A DNA stretch of 64,000 nt from Paracoccaceae bacterium (GCA_018223125.1 JAAEZA010000018.1:2505-66504), one strand, 5' to 3'; positions 7,257 through 17,482 are shown, counted from the first letter of the stretch. The notes: generated by a model from the sequence alone, not told the origin. Numbers and translations: made by a program.

Positions 7257-8957
7257 ATGTATTCACGATTAATTCACATTCTTGCAAAACACCTGCTAAG
7301 ATACCACCATTGGATGCAAGCTCCGCTGGTGGTGGGTGTCCGAGGGTACTTAAAGGCGAATTTCAGCGTTGTGACAAATTTATTATCAATTCACACCATA
7401 GGGCCACTCCAAATTTTCGGTCCGAACGGAGAAAACCTGACTCCGAAAGGGGCGAAGTCCTGTGCCTTGATCGCCATTCTTGCGCTGACGGATGGAAAGG
7501 CGCGGCCAAGACGGTTTCTCGAAGAAAAACTGTGGAGCGGGCGTGATCCCGAACAGGCCGGCCAGAGTTTGCGTCAGGAACTGACCCAGATCCGCAAGGC
7601 GCTCGGGCCGTATAAATCCTGTTTTGTGGTGGACCGTACGACCGCCAGTCTGGATGCGTCTGCTGTCGTGGTGGACTGGGACAGTACGGAAATCCGCAAG
7701 GATGAGACGCGCGAACTGCTCGAAGGGCTGAGCGTTCGCGATCCTGCGTTTGAAGGCTGGCTGGCAGAGTTGCGCGAAGCCTTCGAACGCCGCAAGACAG
7801 CCCTTGCCGCGCGGCAGAACGGGTTGATCCTGCGGACCCGCAGAAGCAATGCACCGGAAGGGTCCAAAAGCATCCTGAGCGAGGTTCTGGCGGATCAGAT
7901 CGGTCAGAATATTGCCGAACAGGTGCGGGCGTGGCGGCAGGTGAATGTGCGCATGGCCGAGAGCGACCATGATGAGGCAGAGATCGAAATCAGTGCGCAT
8001 GTGGCCGAGGAAGACGGCAACAGTCTTGCCTTTATCCGGCTGATCCATCCGGGAACGGGACGGGTGCTGCATACCCAGAAGGCGCTGGTGAATAGTGGCG
8101 CATTGCAGGCCGCAAGTGAGGATTTGCTGGCTGATATTACGATCGAAGCGGCGGAAAAGACGCTGGATGCGATGGGCAAGGCTTTCCCGTCGGAGCGCCC
8201 CGAACTGGCCTCTGCGGCCATGGCGCGCCGCGCCGTGCGGGAAATGGAAAGTTTCGAAGCCGGACGGCTCGATATTGCGGACCGGCTGTTGGAAAATGCC
8301 TTTGATATTGATCGCAACGGGTTGTTTCTGGCGTGGCAGAGCCTGTTAAAGACCATCCGTCTGACGGAACTGCTGAGCACGGACACACAGGCAGATATGG
8401 CGGTGATAGAGGAGTTGAACCGCAAGGCGATGGAACTGGACGGGGAAAACCCGCTGGTGCAGGCGCTGGTCAGTCAGGTGCAGGTTCTGATGTTCGCAGA
8501 CCTTGGGGCTGCCAATGCAGTGGCGCAGCAGCGGCTTGACCCCAACCTGTCGGGTGCGTTTTCCATGGTGTCCCTTGCCAGTGCGAATATGTGGGACGGC
8601 GACAGCGAAGCCGCCTATGCGCTGACAAAAAAGGCCACGTCAGTTGCGGGACGGTCCAGTTTCCATCACTGGTGGGACACGTTCCACTGTATCAGTTGTA
8701 TTGCCTCGGGCCGCTACGACGAAGCGATCCGTTTCGGGGAATCCGCCCGTAAGGCAGCGCCGAATTTCCGCCCTCCGCTACGGCATCTGCTGGCGCTGTT
8801 TGCCCATACCGGAGAACGGGAAAAGATGCATATCGTGGCAGAGCAGTTGAAACGGCTGGAGCCCGATTTCTCGCTGGAGCGGTTCAAATCCGACGCGGCC
8901 TATCCTGTGCGTACCCTGCGCCACGCCAACCTGCTGGATTTCCCGACAGACGACTAG
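7257..8957 (+). CDS. SARP/BTAD-type winged-helix transcriptional regulator with C-terminal TPR-like region
   Basis: The N-terminal segment IHTIGPLQIFGPNGENLTPKGAKSCALIAILAL...FLEEKLWSGRDPEQAGQSLRQELTQIRKALG matches a SARP/OmpR-type wHTH. It is followed by a BTAD-like LLEGL...DPAFEGWLAELRE segment and a helical repeat C-terminus. No Walker A or receiver domain was seen. The start is uncertain: the first ~38 codons are AT-rich, and an in-frame GTG at 7371 is an alternative. Confidence 0.75.
   Translation: MYSRLIHILAKHLLRYHHWMQAPLVVGVRGYLKANFSVVTNLLSIHTIGPLQIFGPNGENLTPKGAKSCALIAILALTDGKARPRRFLEEKLWSGRDPEQAGQSLRQELTQIRKALGPYKSCFVVDRTTASLDASAVVVDWDSTEIRKDETRELLEGLSVRDPAFEGWLAELREAFERRKTALAARQNGLILRTRRSNAPEGSKSILSEVLADQIGQNIAEQVRAWRQVNVRMAESDHDEAEIEISAHVAEEDGNSLAFIRLIHPGTGRVLHTQKALVNSGALQAASEDLLADITIEAAEKTLDAMGKAFPSERPELASAAMARRAVREMESFEAGRLDIADRLLENAFDIDRNGLFLAWQSLLKTIRLTELLSTDTQADMAVIEELNRKAMELDGENPLVQALVSQVQVLMFADLGAANAVAQQRLDPNLSGAFSMVSLASANMWDGDSEAAYALTKKATSVAGRSSFHHWWDTFHCISCIASGRYDEAIRFGESARKAAPNFRPPLRHLLALFAHTGEREKMHIVAEQLKRLEPDFSLERFKSDAAYPVRTLRHANLLDFPTDD
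7261..7277 (+). promoter_or_regulatory. direct ATTCAC repeats 11 bp apart in the PAP2/regulator divergent spacer (candidate wHTH operator)
   Basis: ATTCAC occurs at 7261-7266 and 7272-7277, one helical turn apart. A third AATTCACA lies at 7388-7395. This is pattern only, with no known consensus to compare. Confidence 0.25.
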
Positions 8958-9066
8958 GCGCTGCGCCTTGCGCCGGCGGCAGGGATTTTGCTGCAGTCGT
9001 GCAAAGCGCACTTGTCTTTTGTGGCCCTTATGCAAAAGCTGTGGGCGAACAACAGAAAGGCAGATC

Positions 9067-10035
9067 ATGGCACTGGAAGACGCAGCAAAAGTCATCGACG
9101 AAGGTATTACGCGGCAAGGGTATAAGGGACACGGGTTTGAAGCAACCTACGCCGGTGTGACCTCCTTTTTGCGCCGGACCTACAGCAAGGATCTGACAGG
9201 GGTTGATCTGGCGGTGACGGGCATTCCCTTTGATTGCGCTGTCACGAACCGCCCCGGCACGCGCCTTGGCCCCCGCGCCATCCGCGAGGCATCAAGCCTG
9301 CAATCCCCTGATGCACCCTATGGCTGGGATGTGGATCCGCTGGTGGAATTCAACGTGGCGGATTATGGTGATGTGGCCTTTGATCATGCCAAAACATGGG
9401 AATTCCCAAAGGCGCTTCAGGCCCATATCGCAGGAATTCTGGCCACAGATACCGCCTGCCTGTCCCTTGGCGGTGATCACTATGTGACCTATCCGATCCT
9501 CAAGGCCCATGTGGAAAAACACGGGCCGGTGTCCCTGCTGCAATTTGATGCCCATAGCGACACTTGGGTCGATGATGATCCGGAACGGATCGACCACGGC
9601 ACCATGTTTTACAAGGCCGTGAAAGAGGGGCTGGTGATCCCCGAACGCTCTGTTCAGGTGGGCATTCGCACCACCAATGAGGACACGCTGGGCGTCAATA
9701 TCATCGACGCGCCCGAGGTGCACCGCATTGGCCCCGAGGCAACGGTAGCGCGGATCAAAGAGGTTCTGGGGGATCATAAAACCTATGTGACCTTTGATAT
9801 TGATGCGCTTGATCCGGCCTTTGCACCGGGGACGGGAACGCCCGTCTGGGGTGGCCTGTCGAGCGCACAGGCCGCAGCGATCCTGCGCGGGCTGGCAGGG
9901 ATCAATGTCATCGGCATGGATGTTGTCGAAGTCTCGCCACAATATGACGTAAGTGGCGCTACGGCCATTGCGGGCGCCCATGTAGCTGTGGAACTGATGT
10001 GTCTCTGGGCCCATCGCCAAAAATTCCGAGCCTGA
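9067..10035 (+). CDS. speB: agmatinase-family ureohydrolase (agmatinase/guanidinobutyrase)
   Basis: ORF 8968..10035. ATG 9067 (MALEDAAK) follows AGAAAGG. Mn-site motifs seen: LSLGGDHYVTYP, QFDAHSDTW, TFDIDALDPAFAPGTGTP. Substrate specificity cannot be told from the sequence. Confidence 0.8.
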   Translation: MALEDAAKVIDEGITRQGYKGHGFEATYAGVTSFLRRTYSKDLTGVDLAVTGIPFDCAVTNRPGTRLGPRAIREASSLQSPDAPYGWDVDPLVEFNVADYGDVAFDHAKTWEFPKALQAHIAGILATDTACLSLGGDHYVTYPILKAHVEKHGPVSLLQFDAHSDTWVDDDPERIDHGTMFYKAVKEGLVIPERSVQVGIRTTNEDTLGVNIIDAPEVHRIGPEATVARIKEVLGDHKTYVTFDIDALDPAFAPGTGTPVWGGLSSAQAAAILRGLAGINVIGMDVVEVSPQYDVSGATAIAGAHVAVELMCLWAHRQKFRA

Positions 10036-10065
10036 GATACGAAACCGAACCAGAGGAAACGCCCC

Positions 10066-11145
10066 ATGAAAGCTGCCGTCTGCCGTGAATTTGGCAAGGA
10101 TCTGACCATCGAAGACATTAACCTGCTGCCCCCCGAAGCCGGACAGGTGCAGGTCAAACTTGAAGCCTGCGCCATCTGCCATTCGGATATCTCCTATATC
10201 GACGGCGCTTGGGGCGGGCATTTGCCGGCTGTTTACGGGCATGAAGCTGCGGGGCGTGTCTCGGCAATCGGGTCAGGTGTGGCGGGTTACAGCATCGGGG
10301 ATCCGGTATTGGTGACGCTGATCAAATCCTGTGGCACCTGTCCGACCTGCGCGGACGGCCATCCGGTGAATTGCGAAACCGGAACCGACCGCGTCGCGCA
10401 ATCCCCGATCCGGCTGGAAAACGGCGATGTGGCGGAACATGGTCTGGTGACAGGCGCTTTTGCCGAAGAGGTTGTTGTGGATCAAAGCCAGATCGCCCCG
10501 CTGCCCGATGACATCCCGATGGATGTGGCGAGCCTGCTGTCCTGCGGAGTAATCACAGGGCTTGGCGCGGTGGTGAACACCGCTGGCGTGCGGCCGGGCG
10601 CATCCGTGGTTGTGATCGGTGCGGGGGGCGTCGGGCTGAACACCATTCAGGGCGCGCGGATCGCAGGGGCCAGCACCATTGTCGCGCTGGATCTGGAAGA
10701 GGAAAAACTGGATGGCGCATTGGAATTCGGGGCAACCCATGCGTTGAATGCAGGGGCCGAGGGGCTGGTGAAGCGGGTACGCAACCTGACCGGCGGGCGC
10801 GGCGCGGATTACGTGTTTATCACCGTGGGCGCGATCAAGGTCTTTGAAACCGCGCCCCGCTATCTGGCGGCACGCGGGCAGATGGTGATGGTCGGCATGC
10901 CACCCTCTGGCGCCAAGGCCAGCTATGAACCCGTCGTGCTCTCGGCGCTCAGCCAGTCGATCACAGGGTCGCTGATGGGGGGCACCGTACTGAAACGGGA
11001 TATCCCGTGGCTGATCGAACTTTACCGCCAAGGCAGTCTGAAGCTCGATGAGTTGATCACCAACCGCTACCGGCTTGACCAGATCAACGAGGCGATTGCG
11101 GATACAAAAGCCGGCAAATCACGCCGCAACGTGATTGTGTTTTAG
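10066..11145 (+). CDS. zinc-dependent alcohol dehydrogenase family protein
   Basis: Zn ligand contexts CAICHSD and GHEAAGRV are present, along with structural-Zn cysteines (CGTCPTCADG) and the Rossmann motif VIGAGGVGL. Confidence 0.85.
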   Translation: MKAAVCREFGKDLTIEDINLLPPEAGQVQVKLEACAICHSDISYIDGAWGGHLPAVYGHEAAGRVSAIGSGVAGYSIGDPVLVTLIKSCGTCPTCADGHPVNCETGTDRVAQSPIRLENGDVAEHGLVTGAFAEEVVVDQSQIAPLPDDIPMDVASLLSCGVITGLGAVVNTAGVRPGASVVVIGAGGVGLNTIQGARIAGASTIVALDLEEEKLDGALEFGATHALNAGAEGLVKRVRNLTGGRGADYVFITVGAIKVFETAPRYLAARGQMVMVGMPPSGAKASYEPVVLSALSQSITGSLMGGTVLKRDIPWLIELYRQGSLKLDELITNRYRLDQINEAIADTKAGKSRRNVIVF

Positions 11146-12443
11146 GCCACGCCCCGGCACGCGAATGTGTCTGGTGCGGGCGGCGTCATCTGTTCCATCG
11201 GCACCTCCGGCGCTTTGAGCCGCCATGCGGGCAGGCGGATGATTGCAGAGGTGGATTGTTCGTCGCTTTGGACCTCAAACTCTCCGCCGTGCAGTTCCAC
11301 CAGCTTGCGTGTCAGGGGCAGCCCGAGCCCAAGCCCGCCCCGTGCATCGCGGTGGTTCAAATTCCCGCCAACGACAAAGGGTTTGTAAAGGGCGCTCAAC
11401 TCTACGCTTTCGTCCAGATTGCCATTGTCCGTAACGAAGATTTCCAGATTGCCGCCTGCATCCAGACGGCTGCCAATTGCGACCTCTGCGCCGCCGTGAT
11501 TGATCGCATTCAACGCAAGGGCGTGCAGTGCGATCTTGATCTGGTCCCCATCCATCAAGACAGGGGCGACGAAAGCATCCGGATCACAGGAAATCTCTTT
11601 CAGTTGACCCTGCGGGTTCGGAAGCATCAGTTTTGCAGTGTCGTCGAGCAGGGTCTGTAAATCGCAGTGTGTTTCATTCAGGTGCAACTCTCCGGTAGAG
11701 ACATCGCTGAACTGGATAACCTTTTCGACAAGCTCTTTCAGGTGTCTGGCGGATTTACCGGCGGAGGCGACCAAGGCACTGTTCACGCCGCTGGCTTGCG
11801 TCTTTTCAAGCAGTTGTATGCTGCCCGTCAGGATTGTCAGAGGAGTGCGCAATTCATGCCCGACAAGGGTGATAAACGTGGACTGGACCGAAAGGTCTTC
11901 GGCCTGTTCTACGGGTTTGGGCGGCACGTTTTCAAGCGCGGCAACTACGGCTCTACCCAGGTCTTCCAGAATGGCCATCTGCTGTGCGCTGGGGGCCTCA
12001 TGGGGGACAAGATCCAGACCGCACAGGCTCCCGAACCGTTGTCCGGAGGACAGCACCAGCGGCACACCTGCATAGAATCGCGCACCCGGCCCACCTTCGG
12101 CAACCATCGGATGTGTTTCAAATCTGGGATCTTTGCTCAGGTCGGGGATAACCATTGGCGCAGCGGACATAATTGTGTGGGTGCAAAAACTGTTATTCTT
12201 CGGCATCCGGTCCAGTTCGATCCCCACCACGGATTTATACCATTGGGTGTCTTCCTCAACGACACTGATATGGGCAATCGGACAATCCAGAACCTTTCGG
12301 GTCGCCTCGCATATGGCATCGAAAATGCCAGCGCTGGCTTCTTGCAGGCCCGGTACGGCATAAAGGGCGCGAATACGGGCTTCTTCGTTGAAAGGGATCG
12401 GATAGGTTCTCACTGGTGCCTCATTTGTCAAGAAATTAACCAA
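11142..12443 (-). CDS. GAF-domain sensor histidine kinase (cytoplasmic)
   Basis: GAF-like N-terminal half. Motifs seen: H-box GHELRTPLTIL and HATPase G-box GGLGLGLPLTRKLVELHGG. The listed start is TTG 12443. GTG at 12413, after GAGG, is an alternative. Confidence 0.85.
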   Translation of the reverse strand: MVNFLTNEAPVRTYPIPFNEEARIRALYAVPGLQEASAGIFDAICEATRKVLDCPIAHISVVEEDTQWYKSVVGIELDRMPKNNSFCTHTIMSAAPMVIPDLSKDPRFETHPMVAEGGPGARFYAGVPLVLSSGQRFGSLCGLDLVPHEAPSAQQMAILEDLGRAVVAALENVPPKPVEQAEDLSVQSTFITLVGHELRTPLTILTGSIQLLEKTQASGVNSALVASAGKSARHLKELVEKVIQFSDVSTGELHLNETHCDLQTLLDDTAKLMLPNPQGQLKEISCDPDAFVAPVLMDGDQIKIALHALALNAINHGGAEVAIGSRLDAGGNLEIFVTDNGNLDESVELSALYKPFVVGGNLNHRDARGGLGLGLPLTRKLVELHGGEFEVQSDEQSTSAIIRLPAWRLKAPEVPMEQMTPPAPDTFACRGVA

Positions 12444-12604
12444 TCGTTAAGGCAGCATAATTTTTTTAGGTAACCGAAATTAAAACGGGCGGCGGCGGGG
12501 GCGCTTCGTGTGACTTGGCTGCAACATAAACCGGACTTGTTTGACAGGTCGCGGGCCTGTGTTGAAAACGGCCTGCAGTGGGTTTTTACGCCAGTTCCGG
12601 ATAC

Positions 12605-13021
12605 TTACGCATCCACGCCTGCTTCATCCCCCTGACTTGAAAACAGGGCGATCTTGTTGCCTTGGGGGTCTCTCAGGTAGCAGACGTAAAAGTCGGGGCT
12701 GTAGGCGGCGCGATAGCCGGGTTGGCCTTCGTCTGTTCCTCCGGCTTCAAGCGCTGCGGTGTGAAGTGTGCGGACTTGTTCTTGGCTCGCAGCTTCAAAT
12801 GCGACCATGGTGCCGTTTCCGGCGAAGGCGGGTCGTCCGTCAAACGCGGGTTTGACGTAGAAGTTCGGCAGAACCGGCGTTTGTCCTGCTGGAACAGGCA
12901 GCGCATAGCTTAGACCTTCCGGGCCTTCCTTCACGGTGTAGCCAAGGGCAGGCAGGAAGGCTTGGTAGAACTTTTTGGCGGCGGCCATATCATCGGCGCC
13001 GACTGTGACATAGGCGATCAT
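12605..13021 (-). CDS. VOC (glyoxalase/bleomycin-resistance fold) family protein
   Basis: The 138-aa ORF has the size and sequence style of VOC proteins (MIAYVTVGADDM...FYVCYLRDPQGNKIALF). Confidence 0.75.
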   Translation of the reverse strand: MIAYVTVGADDMAAAKKFYQAFLPALGYTVKEGPEGLSYALPVPAGQTPVLPNFYVKPAFDGRPAFAGNGTMVAFEAASQEQVRTLHTAALEAGGTDEGQPGYRAAYSPDFYVCYLRDPQGNKIALFSSQGDEAGVDA

Positions 13022-13080
13022 TCGGGATGCTCCTTTGGCGTGCAGTCTAGCGCAAGAGAAGGGCGCAGGTACACCATAGG

Positions 13081-13115
13081 AAAAAGGCGCGAGGGTTTAT
13101 CCTTCGCGCCTTTCC
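13081..13115 (-). terminator. Rho-independent terminator after SulP gene
   Basis: GC-rich stem AAGGCGCGAGG / CCTTCGCGCCTT. On the minus strand it is followed by TTTTT. Confidence 0.6.
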
Positions 13116-13136
13116 GGTTGTACTGTCTGCTGTGTG

Positions 13137-14750
13137 TTAGTGTCCGCCGATGCGGCCCAGTTGCACGTCGTAATCGACGCTCAGGCGGTAATCGGGGTCA
13201 TCGTCCGTATCCACCATCAGCTGTCCCGCTTTGGTCAGCAACTGGTGGCAGTCGCGGCTCAGGTGGCGCAGCATCAGGCGCTTGCCCGCGGCGTCGTATT
13301 TCTCGGCGACGGCCTCAATCGCTTGCAGGGCGGACTGGTCTACCACGCGGGAACCGGCGAAATCGAGGATCACGATTTCGGGGTCTTCCGCAGGTTTGAA
13401 CAGTTCCTGAAACCGTGTGGCAGAGCCGAAGAACAGGGGCCCTTTGATGTCGTACACCCGCGCACCCGGTTCGGATTTGCTTTCGTGGTGGGTCGCGGAG
13501 ATCATTGACGCTGCATTCCATGCATAAACCAGCGCGGAAACGATCACGCCCACCACAACGGCGATGGCAAGGTCTTCGGCCACGGTCACGGCTGTCACCA
13601 GCAGGATCACAAAGGCGTCTGCGCGGGGCACACGGGCCAGAATGCGCAAGGACTGCCATGCAAATGTACCGATCACCACCATGAACATCACTCCCACAAG
13701 CGCGGCCAGGGGGATCATTTCAATGATCGAGGAACCGACAAGGATAAAGGCCAGCAGGAACAGTGCGGCAGAGATACCCGAAAGCCGTCCGCGCCCGCCG
13801 GAGTTCACGTTGATCATGGACTGGCCGATCATCGCACAGCCGCCCATACCACCGAAAAAGCCGGTCACCGTATTGGCCGCACCCTGTGCCAGACACTCGC
13901 GTGAGGCACCGCCCCGCTGGTTGGTGATCTCGCCCACTAGGTTCAGGGTCAAAAGGCTCTCGATCAGGCCGATTGCAGCAAGGATGACCGCGTAAGGCAG
14001 GATAATCCAGAGCGTTTCGAGCGTGAAGGGAACCGACGGAATGGCAAAAGCGGGCAGGCCGCCTTCGACCGACGCCATATCGCCAACGCGGGGGACGGGA
14101 ATGTCAAACAGGATTACGACCACAGCCACGATACCGATGGCGGCCAGCGGGGCAGGGAAGGCTTTGGTCAGGCGCGGCGTGGCCCAGATGATCGCCATGG
14201 TTGCCGCCACCAGCGCCAGAGTGATCCAAAGGGTGGGGCCGGACATCCACGTATGGCCACCAGCCCCGTCAGGTACGCGGAACTGTTCCATCTGCGCCAG
14301 AAAGATCACAATCGCGAGCCCGTTCACAAAGCCCAGCATCACCGGATGGGGTACCATGCGGATAAACTTGCCCAACCGGAAGATACCGGCGGCAATCTGG
14401 ATGATGCCCATCAGGACCACGGTGGCAAACAGATACTGCACCCCGTGTTGCGCCACGAGAGAGACCATAACAACCGCCAGCGCACCCGTCGCACCGGAGA
14501 TCATGCCGGGGCGTCCGCCAAAAGCGGCTGTGATCAGCCCGACGATAAAGGCGGCGTAGAGGCCGACCAGCGGTTCGACACCGGCGACAAAGGCAAAGGC
14601 CACCGCTTCGGGGACAAGGGCCAGTGCGACCGTCAGGCCGGACAGGATGTCCGTGCGGGTCTGGGGAAGGTTCAACTCCCGACTGCGGGAGAAATAGGTA
14701 TTCCCGCGCAAACGGGAGGCGAGATCGGAGATAGGTGTGTTTTTCGTCAC
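13137..14750 (-). CDS. SulP-family anion transporter with C-terminal STAS domain
   Basis: 537 aa with a multi-TM core. The STAS-like tail contains [16 protein letters not shown]...[19 protein letters not shown]. Confidence 0.9.
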   Translation of the reverse strand: MTKNTPISDLASRLRGNTYFSRSRELNLPQTRTDILSGLTVALALVPEAVAFAFVAGVEPLVGLYAAFIVGLITAAFGGRPGMISGATGALAVVMVSLVAQHGVQYLFATVVLMGIIQIAAGIFRLGKFIRMVPHPVMLGFVNGLAIVIFLAQMEQFRVPDGAGGHTWMSGPTLWITLALVAATMAIIWATPRLTKAFPAPLAAIGIVAVVVILFDIPVPRVGDMASVEGGLPAFAIPSVPFTLETLWIILPYAVILAAIGLIESLLTLNLVGEITNQRGGASRECLAQGAANTVTGFFGGMGGCAMIGQSMINVNSGGRGRLSGISAALFLLAFILVGSSIIEMIPLAALVGVMFMVVIGTFAWQSLRILARVPRADAFVILLVTAVTVAEDLAIAVVVGVIVSALVYAWNAASMISATHHESKSEPGARVYDIKGPLFFGSATRFQELFKPAEDPEIVILDFAGSRVVDQSALQAIEAVAEKYDAAGKRLMLRHLSRDCHQLLTKAGQLMVDTDDDPDYRLSVDYDVQLGRIGGH

Positions 14751-14932
14751 TTTGGCGGTTTCCTGCTATCGGTGCTTGGCCGTGGCTTAGGCGGTTCGGC
14801 ACAAAAGTGAAAGGGTGGTTTTGGCCCAGCCGGGAATTGCAGACGCAAATAGCGCTAAAATTCACGCAAACAGGCTGGAATCCTGCGACGGTGCAGTCCA
14901 GTGTGGCGCAAAACAACGGGGACTATGTAGAA

Positions 14933-16162
14933 ATGAAGTTAACCGATCTCGAAATCTTCGTCGTAGGGAATCCGCCTCCCGGTTGGGGCGGGCGCTATTT
15001 TATCTTTGTGAAACTGACCACGGACAACGGGATCGTCGGCTATGGCGAGGTTTATGCTGCCTCTGTCGGGCCGGATGCCATGTGCGCGGTGATCCGCGAC
15101 GTGTTCGCGCGGCACATGGAGGGGGAGAACCCCGAGAATATCGAGATGATGTTCCGTCGCGTTTATTCCAGCGGCTTCACCCAGCGCCCTGATCCGACCA
15201 CGATCGGCGCGTTTTCGGGGATGGAAATCGCCTGTTGGGACATTCTTGGCAAGGCCCGTGACCGACCGGCCTACGCGCTGATGGGCGGATTGATGAACGA
15301 GCGTATCCGCTCTTACACCTATCTTTACCCGATGGCCCATCACGACCAGAGCGGTTTCTGGTCCGATCCCCATGCGGCAGCGGAATCTGCGGCTGAGATG
15401 GTGTCGCTCGGCTTTACGGCGGTGAAATTCGATCCGGCCGGACCTTACACCCTGCGGGGCGGGCATATGCCTGCGATGGGCGATATTGCGCAGTCGGTTG
15501 CCTTTTGTAAGGAAATTCGCGCCGCTGTCGGGGACAGGGCGGACCTGCTGTTTGGCACACATGGCCAGTTTTCCACTGCGGGTGCGATCCGGTTGGGGCA
15601 GGCGCTGGAACCCTATTCGCCGCTGTGGTTCGAAGAACCTGTGCCACCGGATTGCGTGGAGGAAATGGCCCGCGTCGCACAGGCGGTGCGAATCCCCGTG
15701 GCCACGGGCGAGCGTCTGACCACCAAGGCCGAATTCGCTCCGGTCCTGCGCAGCGGCGCGGCCAGCATCCTGCAACCCGCCCTTGGCCGGTCAGGCGGGA
15801 TTCACGAAACCAAGAAAATCGCCGCCATTGCCGAAGTCTACAACGCGCAGGTCGCCCCGCATCTTTACGCAGGGCCTGTGGAGTGGGCCGCGAACATACA
15901 ACTGGCTGCGAATATCCCGAACCTGCTGATGGCCGAGACCATCCAGACCGGCGGGGCGTTTCATATGGAGTTGATCAAGCATTCGATCACATGGGAGGAC
16001 GGCTTTATTGTGGCGCCGACCGCGCCCGGGTTGGGGATTGAATTTGATGAAGATCTTGCCCGCGCCCATCCCTGGACAGGGACGGGATTGCATCTGGAAA
16101 TGCAGGAAGCGCCCTGCAGTTATGACAGGCCGAACGGCTTTACCGGCGGCGCGTCCGACTGA
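14933..16162 (+). CDS. mandelate racemase/muconate lactonizing enzyme (enolase superfamily) protein
   Basis: ORF 14735..16162. The likely start is ATG 14933 (MKLTDLEIFVVG...), and the upstream extension overlaps the divergent SulP start. The sequence shows typical MR/MLE N-terminal capping and barrel features. Confidence 0.85.
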   Translation: MKLTDLEIFVVGNPPPGWGGRYFIFVKLTTDNGIVGYGEVYAASVGPDAMCAVIRDVFARHMEGENPENIEMMFRRVYSSGFTQRPDPTTIGAFSGMEIACWDILGKARDRPAYALMGGLMNERIRSYTYLYPMAHHDQSGFWSDPHAAAESAAEMVSLGFTAVKFDPAGPYTLRGGHMPAMGDIAQSVAFCKEIRAAVGDRADLLFGTHGQFSTAGAIRLGQALEPYSPLWFEEPVPPDCVEEMARVAQAVRIPVATGERLTTKAEFAPVLRSGAASILQPALGRSGGIHETKKIAAIAEVYNAQVAPHLYAGPVEWAANIQLAANIPNLLMAETIQTGGAFHMELIKHSITWEDGFIVAPTAPGLGIEFDEDLARAHPWTGTGLHLEMQEAPCSYDRPNGFTGGASD

Positions 16163-16168
16163 CCGGCC

Positions 16169-16195
16169 TGCCGCGCCTTACGGCGCGGCATTTGT
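16169..16195 (+). terminator. Rho-independent terminator after MR/MLE gene
   Basis: Perfect stem TGCCGCGCC-ttac-GGCGCGGCA, followed by TTTGT. Confidence 0.6.
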
Positions 16196-16273
16196 CCCGG
16201 TAGTGCCTATTTTGTTGTCACCTCGGGAGGGGTGTTCTAGAACGTTCCGACGCATTTCCGGAATACCCCTTTT

Positions 16274-17479
16274 ATGACACAGAACAGAGCCATTCACTTC
16301 ATTCTGATCACGGTCGTGATTGATGCCATCGGGATCGGGCTGATTATGCCGGTCATGCCTGCGCTGTTGCAGGATCTGGGCGGCAGCACGCTGGCAAATG
16401 CCGCGATCTGGGGCGGCATCCTGTCCACGGTTTTTGCAGCGATGCAGTTTCTGTTCGGCCCGCTGGTGGGCAATCTGTCGGACCGGTTCGGGCGGCGTAA
16501 AATCCTGCTGGTGTCCATGACGGTGATGGCAATTGACTATGTGATCATGGGGCTGGCCCATGCGCTGTGGCTGCTGTTTCTGGCCCGTGTGCTTGGCGGG
16601 ATTACGGCGGCCAACCATTCAACCGCCGGCGCTGTGATCGCGGATGTGTCAAAGCCCGAAGAGAAAGCTGCGAATTTCGGGCTTATGGGGGCGGCCTTCG
16701 GGGTCGGCTTCATCCTCGGGCCGATGCTGGGCGGGCTGATGGCCGAATTCGGCCCCCGCGCACCCTTCTATCTGGCGGCGGTGATGGCGGGGGCTAATGC
16801 GCTGTTCGGGTATTTTGTCCTGCCCGAGACCGTCACCGAGCGTAACCGCCGCGCGTTCGAGTGGCGCCGCGCACTGCCCCACGGGGCCTTCCGCGCAGTT
16901 GCGGCGATACCGGGGCAGGGGCGCATGATGATCGTGCTGTTCTTTCAGGAAATCGCCTTTGTCGTCTATCCGGTGGTCTGGGCCTTTTACACCATCGGCA
17001 AATTCGGCTGGGAGCCGTGGCTGGTGGGCGTATCGCTCGGCGCATTCGGGGTGATGATGGCGCTGAGCCAAGGGCTTCTGATCCGGCTGGCGATCCCGCG
17101 TCTGGGGGAGTACGGCACGGCGCTGTTGGGACTGTCGATGGAAATGCTGGCCTTTGTCGGCATCGCCTTTGCACCGGCCACTTGGGTGATTTTCGCCCTG
17201 TTGCCGGTCAGTGCGCTGGGCATGCTGGCGGGGCCGGCCATGCAAGGCATCATGAGCCGCGCCGTGCCCGATGATGCGCAGGGTGAATTGCAGGGCGTGG
17301 TCAGCAGCGTGCGGGCGATGGCATCCATCATCGCACCGCTGGTGATGACAGGGCTGTTCAGCTGGTTCACCCGCGAAGGCGCTGCCCTCTACTTTCCGGG
17401 GGCGCCCTTTATCGCTTCGGCCTTCCTGATCCTCATTGCCCTGTGGATCTTCCGCGGCTGGCGTCGGGATGTTTTCTGA
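16274..17479 (+). CDS. MFS transporter (TCR/Tet-like drug:H+ antiporter family)
   Basis: 401 aa with about 12 TM segments and the MFS loop motif [13 protein letters not shown]. Confidence 0.85.
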   Translation: MTQNRAIHFILITVVIDAIGIGLIMPVMPALLQDLGGSTLANAAIWGGILSTVFAAMQFLFGPLVGNLSDRFGRRKILLVSMTVMAIDYVIMGLAHALWLLFLARVLGGITAANHSTAGAVIADVSKPEEKAANFGLMGAAFGVGFILGPMLGGLMAEFGPRAPFYLAAVMAGANALFGYFVLPETVTERNRRAFEWRRALPHGAFRAVAAIPGQGRMMIVLFFQEIAFVVYPVVWAFYTIGKFGWEPWLVGVSLGAFGVMMALSQGLLIRLAIPRLGEYGTALLGLSMEMLAFVGIAFAPATWVIFALLPVSALGMLAGPAMQGIMSRAVPDDAQGELQGVVSSVRAMASIIAPLVMTGLFSWFTREGAALYFPGAPFIASAFLILIALWIFRGWRRDVF

Positions 17480-17482
17480 CGA

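Noticed and set aside
8968-9066. N-terminal extensions of several track ORFs (8968, 14735, 19681..20946, 33275, 33884, 39676, 58450, 59808, 61070, 59486..60373)
   Set aside because: Each extension overlaps a neighbouring gene or an intergenic region. Each also precedes an internal start codon that has an RBS and begins the conserved family N-terminus. The shorter coordinates are used in the feature list.
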